A DNA stretch of 64,000 nt from Amphiscolops sp. MND2022 (lineage: Eukaryota), in assembly GCA_964187785.1 (NCBI GenBank), contig OZ076409.1, positions 61,692,001 to 61,756,000 on the forward strand, given 5' to 3'. Position 1 is the first letter of the stretch. The number at the start of each line of letters is the position of its first letter. Under the pieces are notes generated by a model. That model made no database searches and was not told the origin of the DNA. It saw only the letters and a program-made list of their open reading frames with translations. Made by a program: the position numbers and the translations under genes. Of the stretch, positions 41,801 to 54,900 are shown piece after piece.

Positions 41801-42950
41801 TCCTATAGTCAAGACTTGTGTAATTTTCCAAAGTTGACTCTTTGAGAATGTTAATTTCACACCAAAACGTTTCTACTTTACATTGTTTTTCCTCTCTTTG
41901 AGGGGAGGGCCTTGGCAATTTTCTTTGAAAAAATGAATATTTTATGGACCCCCCCCCCTTTTCAAAATTCATTTTTCCAAAATCGTCTCGCTTTTCCAAT
42001 TTTGAGCTCGATCGGACCAGCCGTTTTCGAGAAAAATGACCTTTTTTGCTAAAAATCGACCATTTTGAAAAATGTTAATCGGGTCAATTATCTCGACATT
42101 GGAGGTTGCCAGAGTCCAACGGACGGTACCAATCGATTCGGCGCACTCTTTACTGCAAAAAGGTGTTATTTTTAAGGTTTCATCTTTTTTATTTCTTGAA
42201 AAATGATCCATTTTTTCATGAAAAAGTGGCAAAAAGTTGTTTTAAAAATTGTCCATTTTCTCGTAAACTACGCGACTTTTGTTATTCACTCCTATAGTCA
42301 AGACTTGTGAAATTTTCCAAAGTTGACTCTTTGAGAATGTTAATTTCACACCAAAACGTTTCTACTTTACATTGTTTTTCCTCTCTTTGAGGGGAGGGCC
42401 TTGGCAATTTTCTTTGAAAAAATGAATATTTTATGGACCCCCCCCCTTTTCAAAATTAATTTTTCCAAAATCGTCTCGCGCATTTACACAGCAATTTTGA
42501 GCTCGATCGGACCAGCCGTTTTTGAGAAAAATGACCTTTTTTGCTAAAAATCGACCATTTTGAAAAATGTAAATCGGGTCAATTATCTCGACATTGGAGG
42601 TTGCCAGAGTCCAACGGACGGTACCAATGGATTCGGCGCACTCTTTACTGCAAAAAGGTGTTATTTTTAAGGTTCCATCATTTTACTTTCTTGAAGTATG
42701 ATCAATTTTTTCATGAAATTGTGATAAAAAGTGGGTTTTAAAAAGTGTCCTTTTCTCATAAACTACGTGCTTTTTGATATTTACTTTTATGGTCACGACT
42801 TATAAAAGTTTTAAGAGATATCAATAGGAGCGAAAGTAGAGAGAGAGAGAGGAGCTAAGATAGATAGTGGAGCGAAGATAACGAAAGAGAAAGATAGGAG
42901 CGAAAATAGAAGAAGATAGTGAGAGGAAGAGGAGCGAAAAGAGAGAGACA

Positions 42951-42998
<48 letters not shown>

Positions 42999-45900
42999 AG
43001 GGACAAAGGAGCGTTGATAGATAGAGGAGTGAAGATAGAGAAAGAAGGAGATTTCTAAACCTGGATAAAGAGACTTTCTCAATTTGATTACGATGGTTGA
43101 AATCTTCGAAGGTTCGAAGCAACTGCAAGTTTAAAAGATAAATGTTCAGAAAGGCCTTCACTCTTATTGTTGGAAAAATAGTCATGACTCTGCTCAGACT
43201 CTTCATTATTTGTATTGGTTCTAATAAACACCAATTCAATTTTAGTCTCCAATTGAATCTAGTAGTATGAAAAAAAAGTTAACACGAACCACTTTTTGCT
43301 GTTTTATTTTACCTCGAAAATGACTGGGAAAGTCAAACCATACGGTCGGTTTGAGTTCAAATTTTTCTTCGTTGTCACTCTGCTTCATTTCATCGTCCGA
43401 AACAACAAATTTCTTTTCATCCAGAAATAAAGTTGGATTATCCAAAGTAATTGGTACAATGGTTTTCGGTGAAGAATGAGGTATCTTGTAATGCCCGAAT
43501 GCTAACGTTTCATTTCNNNNNNNNNNNNNNNNNNNNNNNNNNNNNNNNNNNNNNNNNNNNNNNNNNNNNNNNNNNNNNNNNNNNNNNNNNNNNNNNNNNN
43601 NNNNNNNNNNNNNNNNNNNNNNNNNNNNNNNNNNNNNNNNNNNNNNNNNNNNNNNNNNNNNNNNNNNNNNNNNNNNNNNNNNNNNNNNNNNNNNNNNNNN
43701 NNNNNNNNNNNNNNNNGTAATCAAATGTAAAAAACACGCACCGTGTGTCGAGTACAAAATGACTCCTCCACCGGTACTAGACTTTCTTCGTTGATAAAAC
43801 TGATGCTCCAACGAAATTGGAGCGGTCTTTTCCATTGTGCCAAGCAACAGCGGAGTTTGAAAGAAGGCACTTTTTCCAGTGACAAGGTAGCCCATAGCAC
43901 AAAACCTATTTCTCTTGCCTTATTTCCTTTTAGTGGGAACTGCCGTTATCGAGGTTTGGACCTCAGCAAATCCTAAATCTTTGATGGTATTTGTGCAAAA
44001 GCTACTTTTTTGGCGAATTGATCTTTCAACAAAAAAATGCAATTTTTCTACGTGTGTGCTTCATCGAAAGTTAAACGTGGAATATATTTGCTTGATTCCA
44101 AAACACAAAAAAAAATGAAAATGAAAAAGCGAGTAACCACTTTTGCAAGTGACACTCCCAAAGATTCAATGGTTCAAAATGACAAAGTCGTAGATGCGTT
44201 GATGCATCTCAAGATTACTGTTGTAGGGTTGTACAAACGGCTCTTGTGTAGGCTCCACCAAAGTCTACAAATTGGCATCATTTTGCACGATTGGATTGAT
44301 GATATGCTATGAAGTATGACGACAATGATATGAACAGAACGTAGACAACGTAGAAGATGAAAACAACAAAAATAACAGTAATTTCGATAAAGCATTTTCA
44401 AAAAACCTAACTTTTATTACGTTTTGCCTTTTCAAACCGCGACACTATTTCAAACTGTTGAGCAAACGTTTTACAGTCTTCAAATTTGCAGGATGTTTTT
44501 GATGGATGAAATTTTATTTTAAAAAGTCTGTTCAGAGTAGACATGCTGCGCGAGTAATGTTGGAGGAGAGAATATTGCTTTGAAGACTACTGCAATTTCC
44601 CTGAACAGGAGGGCAGTTGAAGACATCAACAATCACAGTGGTATCTATTCCATAACCCGTGAACGCCGTCACCGGGTTCAAACCACCATTTACCCGTGCA
44701 ACTAGTATCAAAGCAATCTTTCGCGCAACCGACTACTCCAACCAGACCTTGAACAAAACATTCGCTGCAGCCTTTTCAAAGAAAACTGACAATGACTATA
44801 TCTGCACCAGGGAGAATGTTGAAACAAATTCGAAAAAAAAAATGTTTTAACTGAATTCATTTCTGAGGAGCGTTCAAACTGTCCAGCGATTTTCCTGGTT
44901 TGTCAATCCCACCATCCATCGCCTGAGCTAGTAAACAACCCTTGAGCAAAAGCAGTACGAATTCATAAGGGCTTGGATTTCGTTTGATGTAAAGTGTCCT
45001 ATACATGTTTTCACTGCTGTGTAAAAGATTTAGCCCTCTGAGTGAAGTTTTGACTTGGACTGAAAACGGTTGCTATACGCACACTACTGTATAATCAACA
45101 CCAGCGTCCCAACAAAACCTTAATCCCGTGTTACATTCAGACAAGCCCCCAAACACGTTTTTCCCGCTCTCCGAATGAAAATTGGAAGAAAAAAACAAAC
45201 AATGTATTTTAGACCACACTTGCCTAACATTTTTGCAGAAAAACAATATTTCGTTTGGCTAAAACTTGTTTGCTCTTACAAAAACATGAGAAAATAAACG
45301 TATCGACACTTATCCAAAGAGAAATTGAAAAAATAAAGTAGATTCCATATTATTCACTCGTTTCTTAAAAAATATATCTTTTAGATTATTATTTTGTACT
45401 CAACTTATAATAAAGTGATACTTTTTTTTCAAAAATCAAATAATCTGACTCATGAACTCTTTGTTACCTTCATGGTATCAGTTTTACCCTATGAATAACT
45501 GACATATCTTGAATGTTTTGAATAAACATGTGAAATGAAGAACCAGTGAAAACTTTTTAAAATAATTTGATTGAAAAACAATGAAGGCTCTGATGAAAGT
45601 GAAAACTGTCTCTTAATCGGAATTGATATGATTATTGTTTTGAAGATTTTGATGAAGAGTATTTCACAACTTTCGAAAAAACTTTTTGTAGTAAGAAACT
45701 TTCTAGTTTTGAAGAATCAAAGTGTTTGTTCACACAGAATAATTCTTCCGAGAACAATTTTTAAAGGAATCTCTGAGTAGAATTCTTTTTGATGTACCTT
45801 ATTTTTTAGAAATTGAACCAAAACGTTTGCAATTTGAAAGACGAAATGACCGATAATTGAAAACAAAACAAAAGCAGGATCTCTTGAACAATATGAAGAC

Positions 45901-48900
45901 GTGAGCAATATGAAAGCGAGGAACACGTTTCGAATCTGAAGTTTTTTCATTCCTCGAGCATAATTTGAAATAATTAAATTCTGTGCTGTTTATGATTTTA
46001 TGCATGATGGCAATCAGAGATAGACAGATCAGTTCCCTCTACCGGATACCATGCACCCAAACGACCAATCAGAAACAAGACAAACCCCATTCCTTCCAGG
46101 AAAGCCTGAAAAACGTTGAAGAACCGAACTTTGGAAGAGAACGGGTTGGAATGGAACTTATTCAAAATGTAGTATATATTCTTCAAATACTGAACCAATC
46201 CAGGTTAAATTGGATATCTTTTTGTTGTGAAAAAAATTCTTTTAACCGTCTGTTAATTGGTGATTGTATATGTTTTGTATTAGCTTGCGTTTCTTTTCAT
46301 TGATTAGCAGATAAATACAAAGTCAATTCAAATCTCAGTGCCAAAAAATACCACAAAGGATACACATAAGGCTCGGAAACCACAGTTTACCCAACTGGAA
46401 TTACAAAAAATCTTTTTTTGAAAATTAATTCGATTTTTTTTTCGGGAAAGTCTCATAGTGCCGAAAAAAGGAACTTTCAGCTTAGAAACTACTTTCCTCA
46501 AGCCGAAAACAGATAGGAAAGCAGGAACATACCCTTTAATCAAATGAAAGTTTCGGAAAAAAAAACGCACAGAGTCAAAACAGCCCAAAGAATGATAAAT
46601 AAGTGGAGATAAAACAGCTGTTTGATTATATTGAAAATAATAAGGTCTCACAGTGCCAAAAAAACCAGAGGGGGATTCTTCGGCTTCAGTTGAATTTGTG
46701 TCAACTCTGAATATCTTGAGAAACAAAGGAGGGACCCTTTTGTATTATTAAAAAACCTCTCCCACAAACAGAATTTCCAGTACACGTTATATCCGGAATC
46801 CGTTATAACCGGTTGGCCGTAAATCTTGTTGTGTGCTTGACGAAGGAGACTCCTTTACATTTCAAGTGCAGGATGTACATTGCCCAAAGGGACTTTACCA
46901 AAATTAAAGAATTTTTACTAGAACTGTTTTTGGAAAACCATGACTATAGTCGCTCTTTTCTAAAGAAAAACGCTGTCAAACCAATATGTTTGTCAAGAAT
47001 ACTTCCAGATTCTTTTCAAATTGGGCGTAATCGAAGCACGTCATATTTTGAATGAAACAATTGAACCGTTTTTTCCGCAAAAATGTTTTTTTACTTTCAC
47101 GATGACCTGACTTTTTTGATTCAATAATTCGGATTTTGACCATTCAAACGGTTTTCATCTGAGCTATGCAGTCAATACTAAAGAAGCTGAGATTCGATGA
47201 ACACTTTCGTATAGGCCTTGTCTTCGATCTGTCTTTCATTATACAGTACAATACTATAGGTCTAAAGTAGCTAAGATTCAATTAACACGATCCTGTAGCT
47301 TTTATATTCGATCAATCTTTCAACATACAGTACCATAAAATAGGTCTAAAGTAAATATTAGGTGAACACGATCGTATGGGTTTCATATTTGATCATCCTT
47401 TCCATATACAGTACCATACTATTGCTCTAAAGTAGCTACGATTCAATGAACACAGCCGTAGAGGACTTATGTGTGATCTATCTTTCATTATACATCACCA
47501 AATTATAGGAGTAGGGTAGCTAAATTTCAATGAACACGGCCGTATAAGACTTATATTCGGTATTTCTTTCAAAATACAGTACAATACTATAGGTCTAAAG
47601 TAGCTAAGATTCAATTAACACGATCGTATAGCTTTTATATTCGGTCAATCTTTTAACATACAGTACCATAAAATAGGTCTAAAGTAGCTAAGATTCGATG
47701 AACAGGGTCGTATATGTTTTATATTCGATCTATCTTTTAAAATACAGTAGCATACTGTAAGTCTAAAAGAGCTAAGAATCAATGAACATAGACATATAGG
47801 ACTTCTATTGGATCTATCATTCTATATAGCGTACAATACTTTACGTCTAAGGTAGGTGAGATTCAATAAAAACGGTCGTTTGGGACTTATATTTGATATA
47901 TCTTTCGATATACAGTCCCATTCTGTAGGTCTAAAGTAGCAAAGATTCAATTAACACAATCTTATAGGTTTTATACTCGATCAATCTTTCAATATACAGT
48001 ACCATACTAAAGGTCTAAAGTAGCTAAGGTTTTATGAACAAAGTTGTATAGGAGTTATCTTTGATCTATCTTTCAATTTACAGTACCATACTATGGATTA
48101 AAGTAGCTAAGATTCATTGAACACAGCTGTAAAGAAATTGTATTCGATCTATCTTTCAATATACAGTACAAAACAATAGGTCTAAAGTAGCTAAGATTCA
48201 ATTAACAGCATCGTATAGGTTTTATATTCGATCGATCTTTCAATATACAATACCATAAGATAGCTCTAAAGTAGCTACAATTTATTGAACAAAGTTGTAT
48301 AGGACTCATATTTGATCTATATAGATTTTACAAGATTCGACCATAATATAGCTCTAATGTAGCTACAATTTAATGAACAAAGTTGTATAGGACTCATATT
48401 CGATCTATATTTCATTTTACAGTACCATACTATAGGATTAATGTAGCTAAGATTCAATTAACACGATCGTATAGCTTTTATAGGCGATCAATCTTTCAAT
48501 ATACAGTACCATATAATAGGTCTAAAGTAGATAAGATTCGATGAACAGGGTTGAATATGTTTTATATTTGATCTATTTTTCAATATACAGTACCATACTA
48601 TAAGTCTGAAGTAGCTAAGATTCAATGAACATAGACGTATAGGACTTATATTGGATCTATCATTCAATATAGAGTACAATATTTTACGTCTAAGGTAGGT
48701 AAGATTCGATGAAAACGGTCGTATAGGACTCATATTTGATCTATCTTTCAATATACAGTACCATACTAAAGGTCTAAAGTAGCTAAGATTTTATGAACAA
48801 AGTTGTATAGGACTCATATTCGATCTATCTTTCCTTTCACAGTACCATACTCTAGGATTAAAGTAGCTAAGATTCATTGAACTCAGCTGTAAAGAACTTG

Positions 48901-51900
48901 TATTCGATCTATTTTTCAATATACAGTACAAAACTATAGGTCTAAAGTAGCTAAGATTCAATTAACACCATCGTATAGGTTTTATATTCGATCGATCTTT
49001 CAATATACAGTACTATGATATAGCTCTAAAGTAGCTACGAATCAATGAACAAAGTTGTATAGGACTCATATTTGATCTATATTTCATTTTACAGTACCAT
49101 ACTATAGGATTAATGTAGCTAAGATTCAATTAACACGATCTTATAGCTTTTATAAGCGATCAATCTTTCAATATACAGTATCATAATATAGGTCTAAAGT
49201 TGCTAAGATTCGATGAACAGGGTCGTATATGTTTTATATTTGATCTATCTTTCAATATACAGTTCCATACTATAAGTCTGAAGTAGCTAAGATTATATGA
49301 ACATAGACGTATAGGACTTATATTGGATCTATCATTCTATATAAAGTACAATACTTTACGTCTAAAGTAGGTAAGATTCGATGAAAACGGTCGTATAGGA
49401 CTCATATTTGATCTATCTTTCGATATAGAGTACTGTAAGATAGGTCTGAAGTAGCTAAGATTTAATAAACATAGTTGTATAGGACTCATATTTGATCTAT
49501 CTTTCAAATTACAGAACCTTACTTTAGGACTAAAGTAGTTAAGATTCGTTGAACACAGCTGTAAAGGACTTATAATTGATCTATCTTCCAATATACCGTA
49601 CCATACTATAGGTCTAAAGTAGCGGAGATTCGATGAACAGGGTCGTATATGTTTTATATTCGATCTATCTTTCTATATACAGTACCATACTGTAAGTTTA
49701 AAGTTTCTAAAATTCATTGAACATAGGCGTATAGAAATTTTATTGGATCTATCGGTCAATATACAGTACAATACTATACGTCTAAGGTAGCTAAGATTCG
49801 ACGAACACAGCTGTTAACGACATATATTCGATCTATTTTTCATTATACAGTACAATACTATAGGTCTAAAGTAGCTAAGATTCAATTAACAAGATCGTAT
49901 AGCTTTTATATTTGAACAATCTTTCAACATACAGTACCGTACTATAGGTCTAAAGTAGGTAAGATTCGATGAACAGGGTCGTATGTGTTTTATATTCGAT
50001 CTGTCTTTCTATATACAGTACCATACTATAAGTTTAAATTAGCTAAGAATCAATGACAATAGGCGTATAGGACTTATATTAGATCTATCAGTCGAAATAC
50101 ATTACAATACTATATGTCTAAGGTAGCTAAGATTCGATGAACACAGCTGTAAAGGACTTTTATTTGATCGATCTTTCTATATACAGTACAATACTATAAG
50201 TCTAAAGTAGCTAAGATTCAATGAACATAGGCGTATACGACTTATATTGGATCTATCTTTCATTATACAGTACAATACTATATGTCTAAGTAGCTAAGAT
50301 TCGATGAACATTGTAGTGTAGGACTTATCTTCGATCTATATTTCAATATACAGTACAATACTGTAGGGCTAAAGTAGCTAAGATTCAATGAACACAGTCG
50401 CGTAGAACTTATATTCGATCTATATTTCGAAATACGGTATATTACTATAGGATCTCTGTAGAGATCCTAGTAGAAAATAGTAGCTATTTCAGGGGCTACT
50501 CTGCGCATTTGTAAAAAAATATGCCCTTATTTCGTGTCCGGCACTTCGTTATTCAACACTGTGAAAACTCTTTCAGTCTTCTATACATGAGAAAAAGTAT
50601 ACTTTTTACAGCATTTCATCATCTTTTTTCGTCAATTTCTATAGCAATTTTCACAATTTGCAGGTCACATTTCCATGTTACTCGGTGTGAAAATATGGCG
50701 TTGTGTAAAGGTGGAGATATTTTTGGCGGTTGATGGTTGGAATGATAAAGAATGTTATCCATTACGCAAATGAAGGTAACTTCAGGGAAATTTTATCCAT
50801 GGAAATCACGCATCAATAAAGGTCACTAGCATCAAAAGGAAGTAAGTAGAAGCACATTCATTTCAACGTTGGTAGATGAAAGCACCTTTTATTGATCCTG
50901 TTTCCTTTTATCACGACCGCAATTTCCATTCCTAACAAACTGCTCCTTCCATTTTTTATTACTTTCCAGCACGCAAAGGTAAGGAAATTTCCTTTCATTG
51001 CCTGAAATAGAAACAAAAAAAATTTCCGGGCTCGGATTTTTCAAGGTTGTGTATATTTGTTTCGGTTTCTAGTCGGCTCTCCGTGAGTGAGTATTTTTTG
51101 ACCTTCGGTTACGTCATTGTGTCGCCATCATGACGTCATTTGGAGTTCGCGTTATGACCATGTTTGGTTACTCACTCAACCCCCCCCCCTCTTATAATGC
51201 CGCGTACTTTTACTACTCCGAATCTTACAAATTTTTCAAATTATTGAGCGTAATGTCCTTGGGCATTCAACAAATTCAACACAGAGGCGAAGCGGTGCTT
51301 CGCAACACATGACGAAGACATTATTTTAATATGCGTATATATATATATATTATTTTAATCGCATGCGTATATATTCAACAGTTCAACTTTGTTCAATAAC
51401 GTCCCTATGGCACAGTGGTCAACACTTATGCCGTGCAATCGGGAGGCTGCAGGTTCGAATCTCTCAGGGGTTTTGGCTTTTGTCTAAAAGGCGCTCATTA
51501 TGAACTTGACTATTGCGGAAAAAAACTTTCTTAGCTGGACTGCAATGCACATTGACTTCGTCATGTGCAACAATAGTAAGCGAGTCTTGATCGGAAAGAT
51601 GTCACGACTAGCATATAACATTCTATTGCCTCATGCCAATTTGCGGAGATTATTCTAAACTTCATCTTGGCTAGAAATGTTGCTGCCAAATCAAACTGTC
51701 AAATAATTACAAGACCAACGAAACGTGATGGGTGTGAAATTTAGTAAATCCATGAAAATAGGAATCTTTAACGCTGCTGGGCCTTCAAAAAACTTTCTAA
51801 TAGTTTGCTTTTTCGTCCACGGAGAGTCTCCGAGAAATAGAACCACATAAGGCAAGAAGACATGGTTCGCGTATTTGAATCTAAAACGTATAACTTCCAT

Positions 51901-54900
51901 CGAAATTCGTATTAGCATCAAAAATGATAGAGGGTACCGAACAATTCGAAAAAAAATCATTCTCATATTTTATGTTCATGCTCATTAAACTAATTTTTTG
52001 CCGCAAATATTTACAGACTGCGTGTCCCGGTAAACGAATGGGCTGACAAAAATTGGTGAGAAACTTTATGCGTGCTAATTTCTGTTTGTCCTCAATATAC
52101 TCTGCTAGGTACAGTTGAATTCGCCTAATTCGTATCGCCAGGGACCGAATAAAACAGTAGGAATGAGAAATACGAATTAACCGGATGATATTACAATTTG
52201 ATTGTCATGGGAGTTTCCGATACATAGCAATTAAACGAACATCTGAATTATCCCGTAGGAAACAATGAAAAGGCATCTTTCTTGAAACTTAGGTTGCCTT
52301 TTCTATTCTGCCTCTTACGTTCTTTGCAGCCTCACTCTTGAAATAGTCTCTTCTATTCCTTGAACCTTTTCTACGAAAGCAAATCAAGCAATGAAAACTT
52401 AGCATTTCAAACTTTACCTCTTCTTGTTTGGCCTTTCTGACAGCCTCTTCCTCTTCTCGTTTCTTCTTCTCTTCCAATTCTTTCCTCTTCCTCTCGACCT
52501 CGGGGTCCTTGGCGTGTTCCAGGGCCCTATAGATCTCATAGCAGAAGTCCCGCTGTAGCATCTCGTACATACTCTCCGCAAACACTTCAAGCTGAGAAAC
52601 AAACCAAACTCGCAATTCATTTACTCGTACATTGGCTGATAAAATGGAGTTCAAAAGTATATTCAACTCGAAGCTATAAATTTATTTTAAAAACTATATG
52701 CACATCTTCCTATGTAAATATTATCCGAAAAGGGTTCGGCTATGAAAAACCGTTATGCTTATCTAAGCTGAAACCTATGCCAAAATCTCTTCCATCAAAA
52801 TTTAAAATATTGGTTGCATTCTTGGCAGTTGCTTCTTAAATGTATAGTCCCATAGATTTCAACCAGACACCATTAAACATATGCGCTTGGATTATATGTT
52901 ATTTCAACACTAACAGTGAATGCATCTTCCTTGGATTCTGCATAAACTTTGTCCAAGAGGGAGCTGAACGAGACATCTCTGTACTTGACTGAATCAGAGG
53001 AGCTGCTTGGGTCATTGTCCTGAGGGTGCACTATGATGTGAGGGGTGTCGGGCAACTCGTACATCTTTCTGATCTCAGCCTGCTTCTCTTTTCGCTCCTT
53101 CTCCTTCCGCTCCTGCTCTTCTTTTTCCTTGCGTTCCTAAATACAAGCACAGCTCAATTAACACTTGAAAAAAGGAAAACATGAAACTATGGAAGCTTGA
53201 TATAGTGGAAGCAGTGATACTACTGTATTTAACGCAAAGGCGAAATTCAATATCGGGCGATAATAAACTGCGTCTAGATTTCATCGATTAACAAAGTCTA
53301 ATTTATTCCAAACATCTAAATCTTTTCTTAGACAACAAAAAATATTATTAATGATGCTTTTCCAAAACTATGGAGTTTAGGTTTTTAAATTTGTGGTGGT
53401 TATTGTAACCAGAGCCGCATGTGTGGTAAGGAGTCGGCTTAGGTCTTTTTTCTTCTGACGCGCTCGAATCCCAGTCATATGATTTTGATGCCCTTGCACA
53501 TGTAGGACCATAATATGGTTTAGAATGACTGTACAAAATTTCCTTCGAATCGTATGGGCAGTGTTTGCGAAAATTGAAAAAAGTTGAAAAATGGCTGTTT
53601 TTGGCCATTTTTAGTCGGCGCTTCATGAAGTGAAAAGCGACTATTATAGTGACTTTTTTTCTTTTTTTCAATCCACACGAACTGACCAAAATAGTTCTTG
53701 AAAGTTCTACGAAATATTATGGTGCCAAATTGAAACATTTGGCTTAGCGAACTGAACCAAAAAGGTTTTTTGTTTTTCCGCGTAACATACAATACCAGGA
53801 GAGACTAAAGGGTCCCCCATTTCAAATTTTTTCCGCATTGTGAGACTTTTTTTCGAAAAAAAAATTATCATGAAATGGTCCCCCCTTCAATTTTTAGATG
53901 TTTTGCAACGATGGATGTTAAAAATCCGAAAGGATCCCCCTTTTAGCGCGCCGCGCTAGCGGGCCCCCGGCGCGCAAATTCGGCCAAACTTTCTGGGTTT
54001 TTCAGGTACTGAATACTTGTAAAGTAAGGAATACTTGACAGTTTGAAGTCCTTTTGCTATTTCTGAACCTTAGATATGGCGCCGACTTATGCCGTTTCCG
54101 GCTTGTTGGGCTAATTTTGGCTATCTATATTTCTCACATCCCAGTCATACAATTTTGATGCCCTTGCGCACACAGGGGCCCCTTTGGGTGTAGAATGACT
54201 GTGCAAAATTTTATGAAAATCGTATGGACAGATTTTGAGAAACTTGAAAATTTCCTTGAATCTATCTGAAGGCGTCAACTGAGCAGCAATATATTTTCAT
54301 CTTGAATCATTTCAGCAAAATTTTTCCATAAACAAGTATGTTTCGGGAAGGAGCACCATTTTGGAGCATGAATATAAAGCATGGCAAAATTTTTTAGGGA
54401 AAAAGCGGCTGAGGGGTTGAACTTTAGCTACCAGGAATAAGACGCGGCGGATTATTTTGAATGCAACTGTCATTCTGATAACTAACTTTCTCCAATCTTT
54501 CCGCTTCTTCTCGTGCCTTTGCAGCCTCTGCTTCTCTCTTCTCCTTCCTTTCCTTGTCCTCTCTTATCTCGCGAGCCAATCTCTCGGCCTCTTCTTTCTG
54601 TTTGTCTTCCTGTTGTTTCAAGAACTGAGTCACACCCATCTTTTCATCCCCAGTCTGGGCAGACTCAGAGGTGTCTTTGGACTCCGGCTTGTCCTCGGAA
54701 GAACCCCAGTCTTTGGAGGACTCTTCTTCGCCAGCTGCAGTAGAAACCCCGCTGTCTTTGGCGTCAGTTCCTGAGACTTCCATTAACTCATCACCGTCGG
54801 CTGAAAAACCTCATGACTTAATAAAAAACAAGACGGGAACGTCCCAAGTCGGCGCCATATCTTAGGCTCAAAAATATTCAAGGAACAACTATTGGAAATA

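Larger units (their letters stand above)
36735..51217. mobile_element. 14.5-kb insert with Maverick/Polinton-like termini (decayed, possibly two different halves)
   Basis: Begins AGTAGT and ends ACTACT; each end is followed inward by a CGGC motif and a G-run. No intact polB, integrase or capsid ORF was recognised. Confidence 0.45.
51218..53885 (+). repeat. Segmental duplication, copy B
   Basis: Near-identical to 34326-36734, plus a 291-bp insertion and small indels. Confidence 0.95.

Noticed and set aside
38998..42741. Family of 124-147 aa ORFs
   Set aside because: They are by-products of the 493-bp repeat, frameshifted between units, with no recognisable domain.
42811..43239. SL-repeat ORFs
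   Set aside because: These are translations of the (GA)n microsatellite.
43242..43895. 217-aa ORF
   Set aside because: It spans the N gap and is an artefact.
45571..46030. Possible Maverick packaging ATPase remnant (DMIIVL...LFTQN)
   Set aside because: The resemblance needs several frame switches, no Walker A motif is visible, and another frame reads equally plausibly; a profile search is needed.
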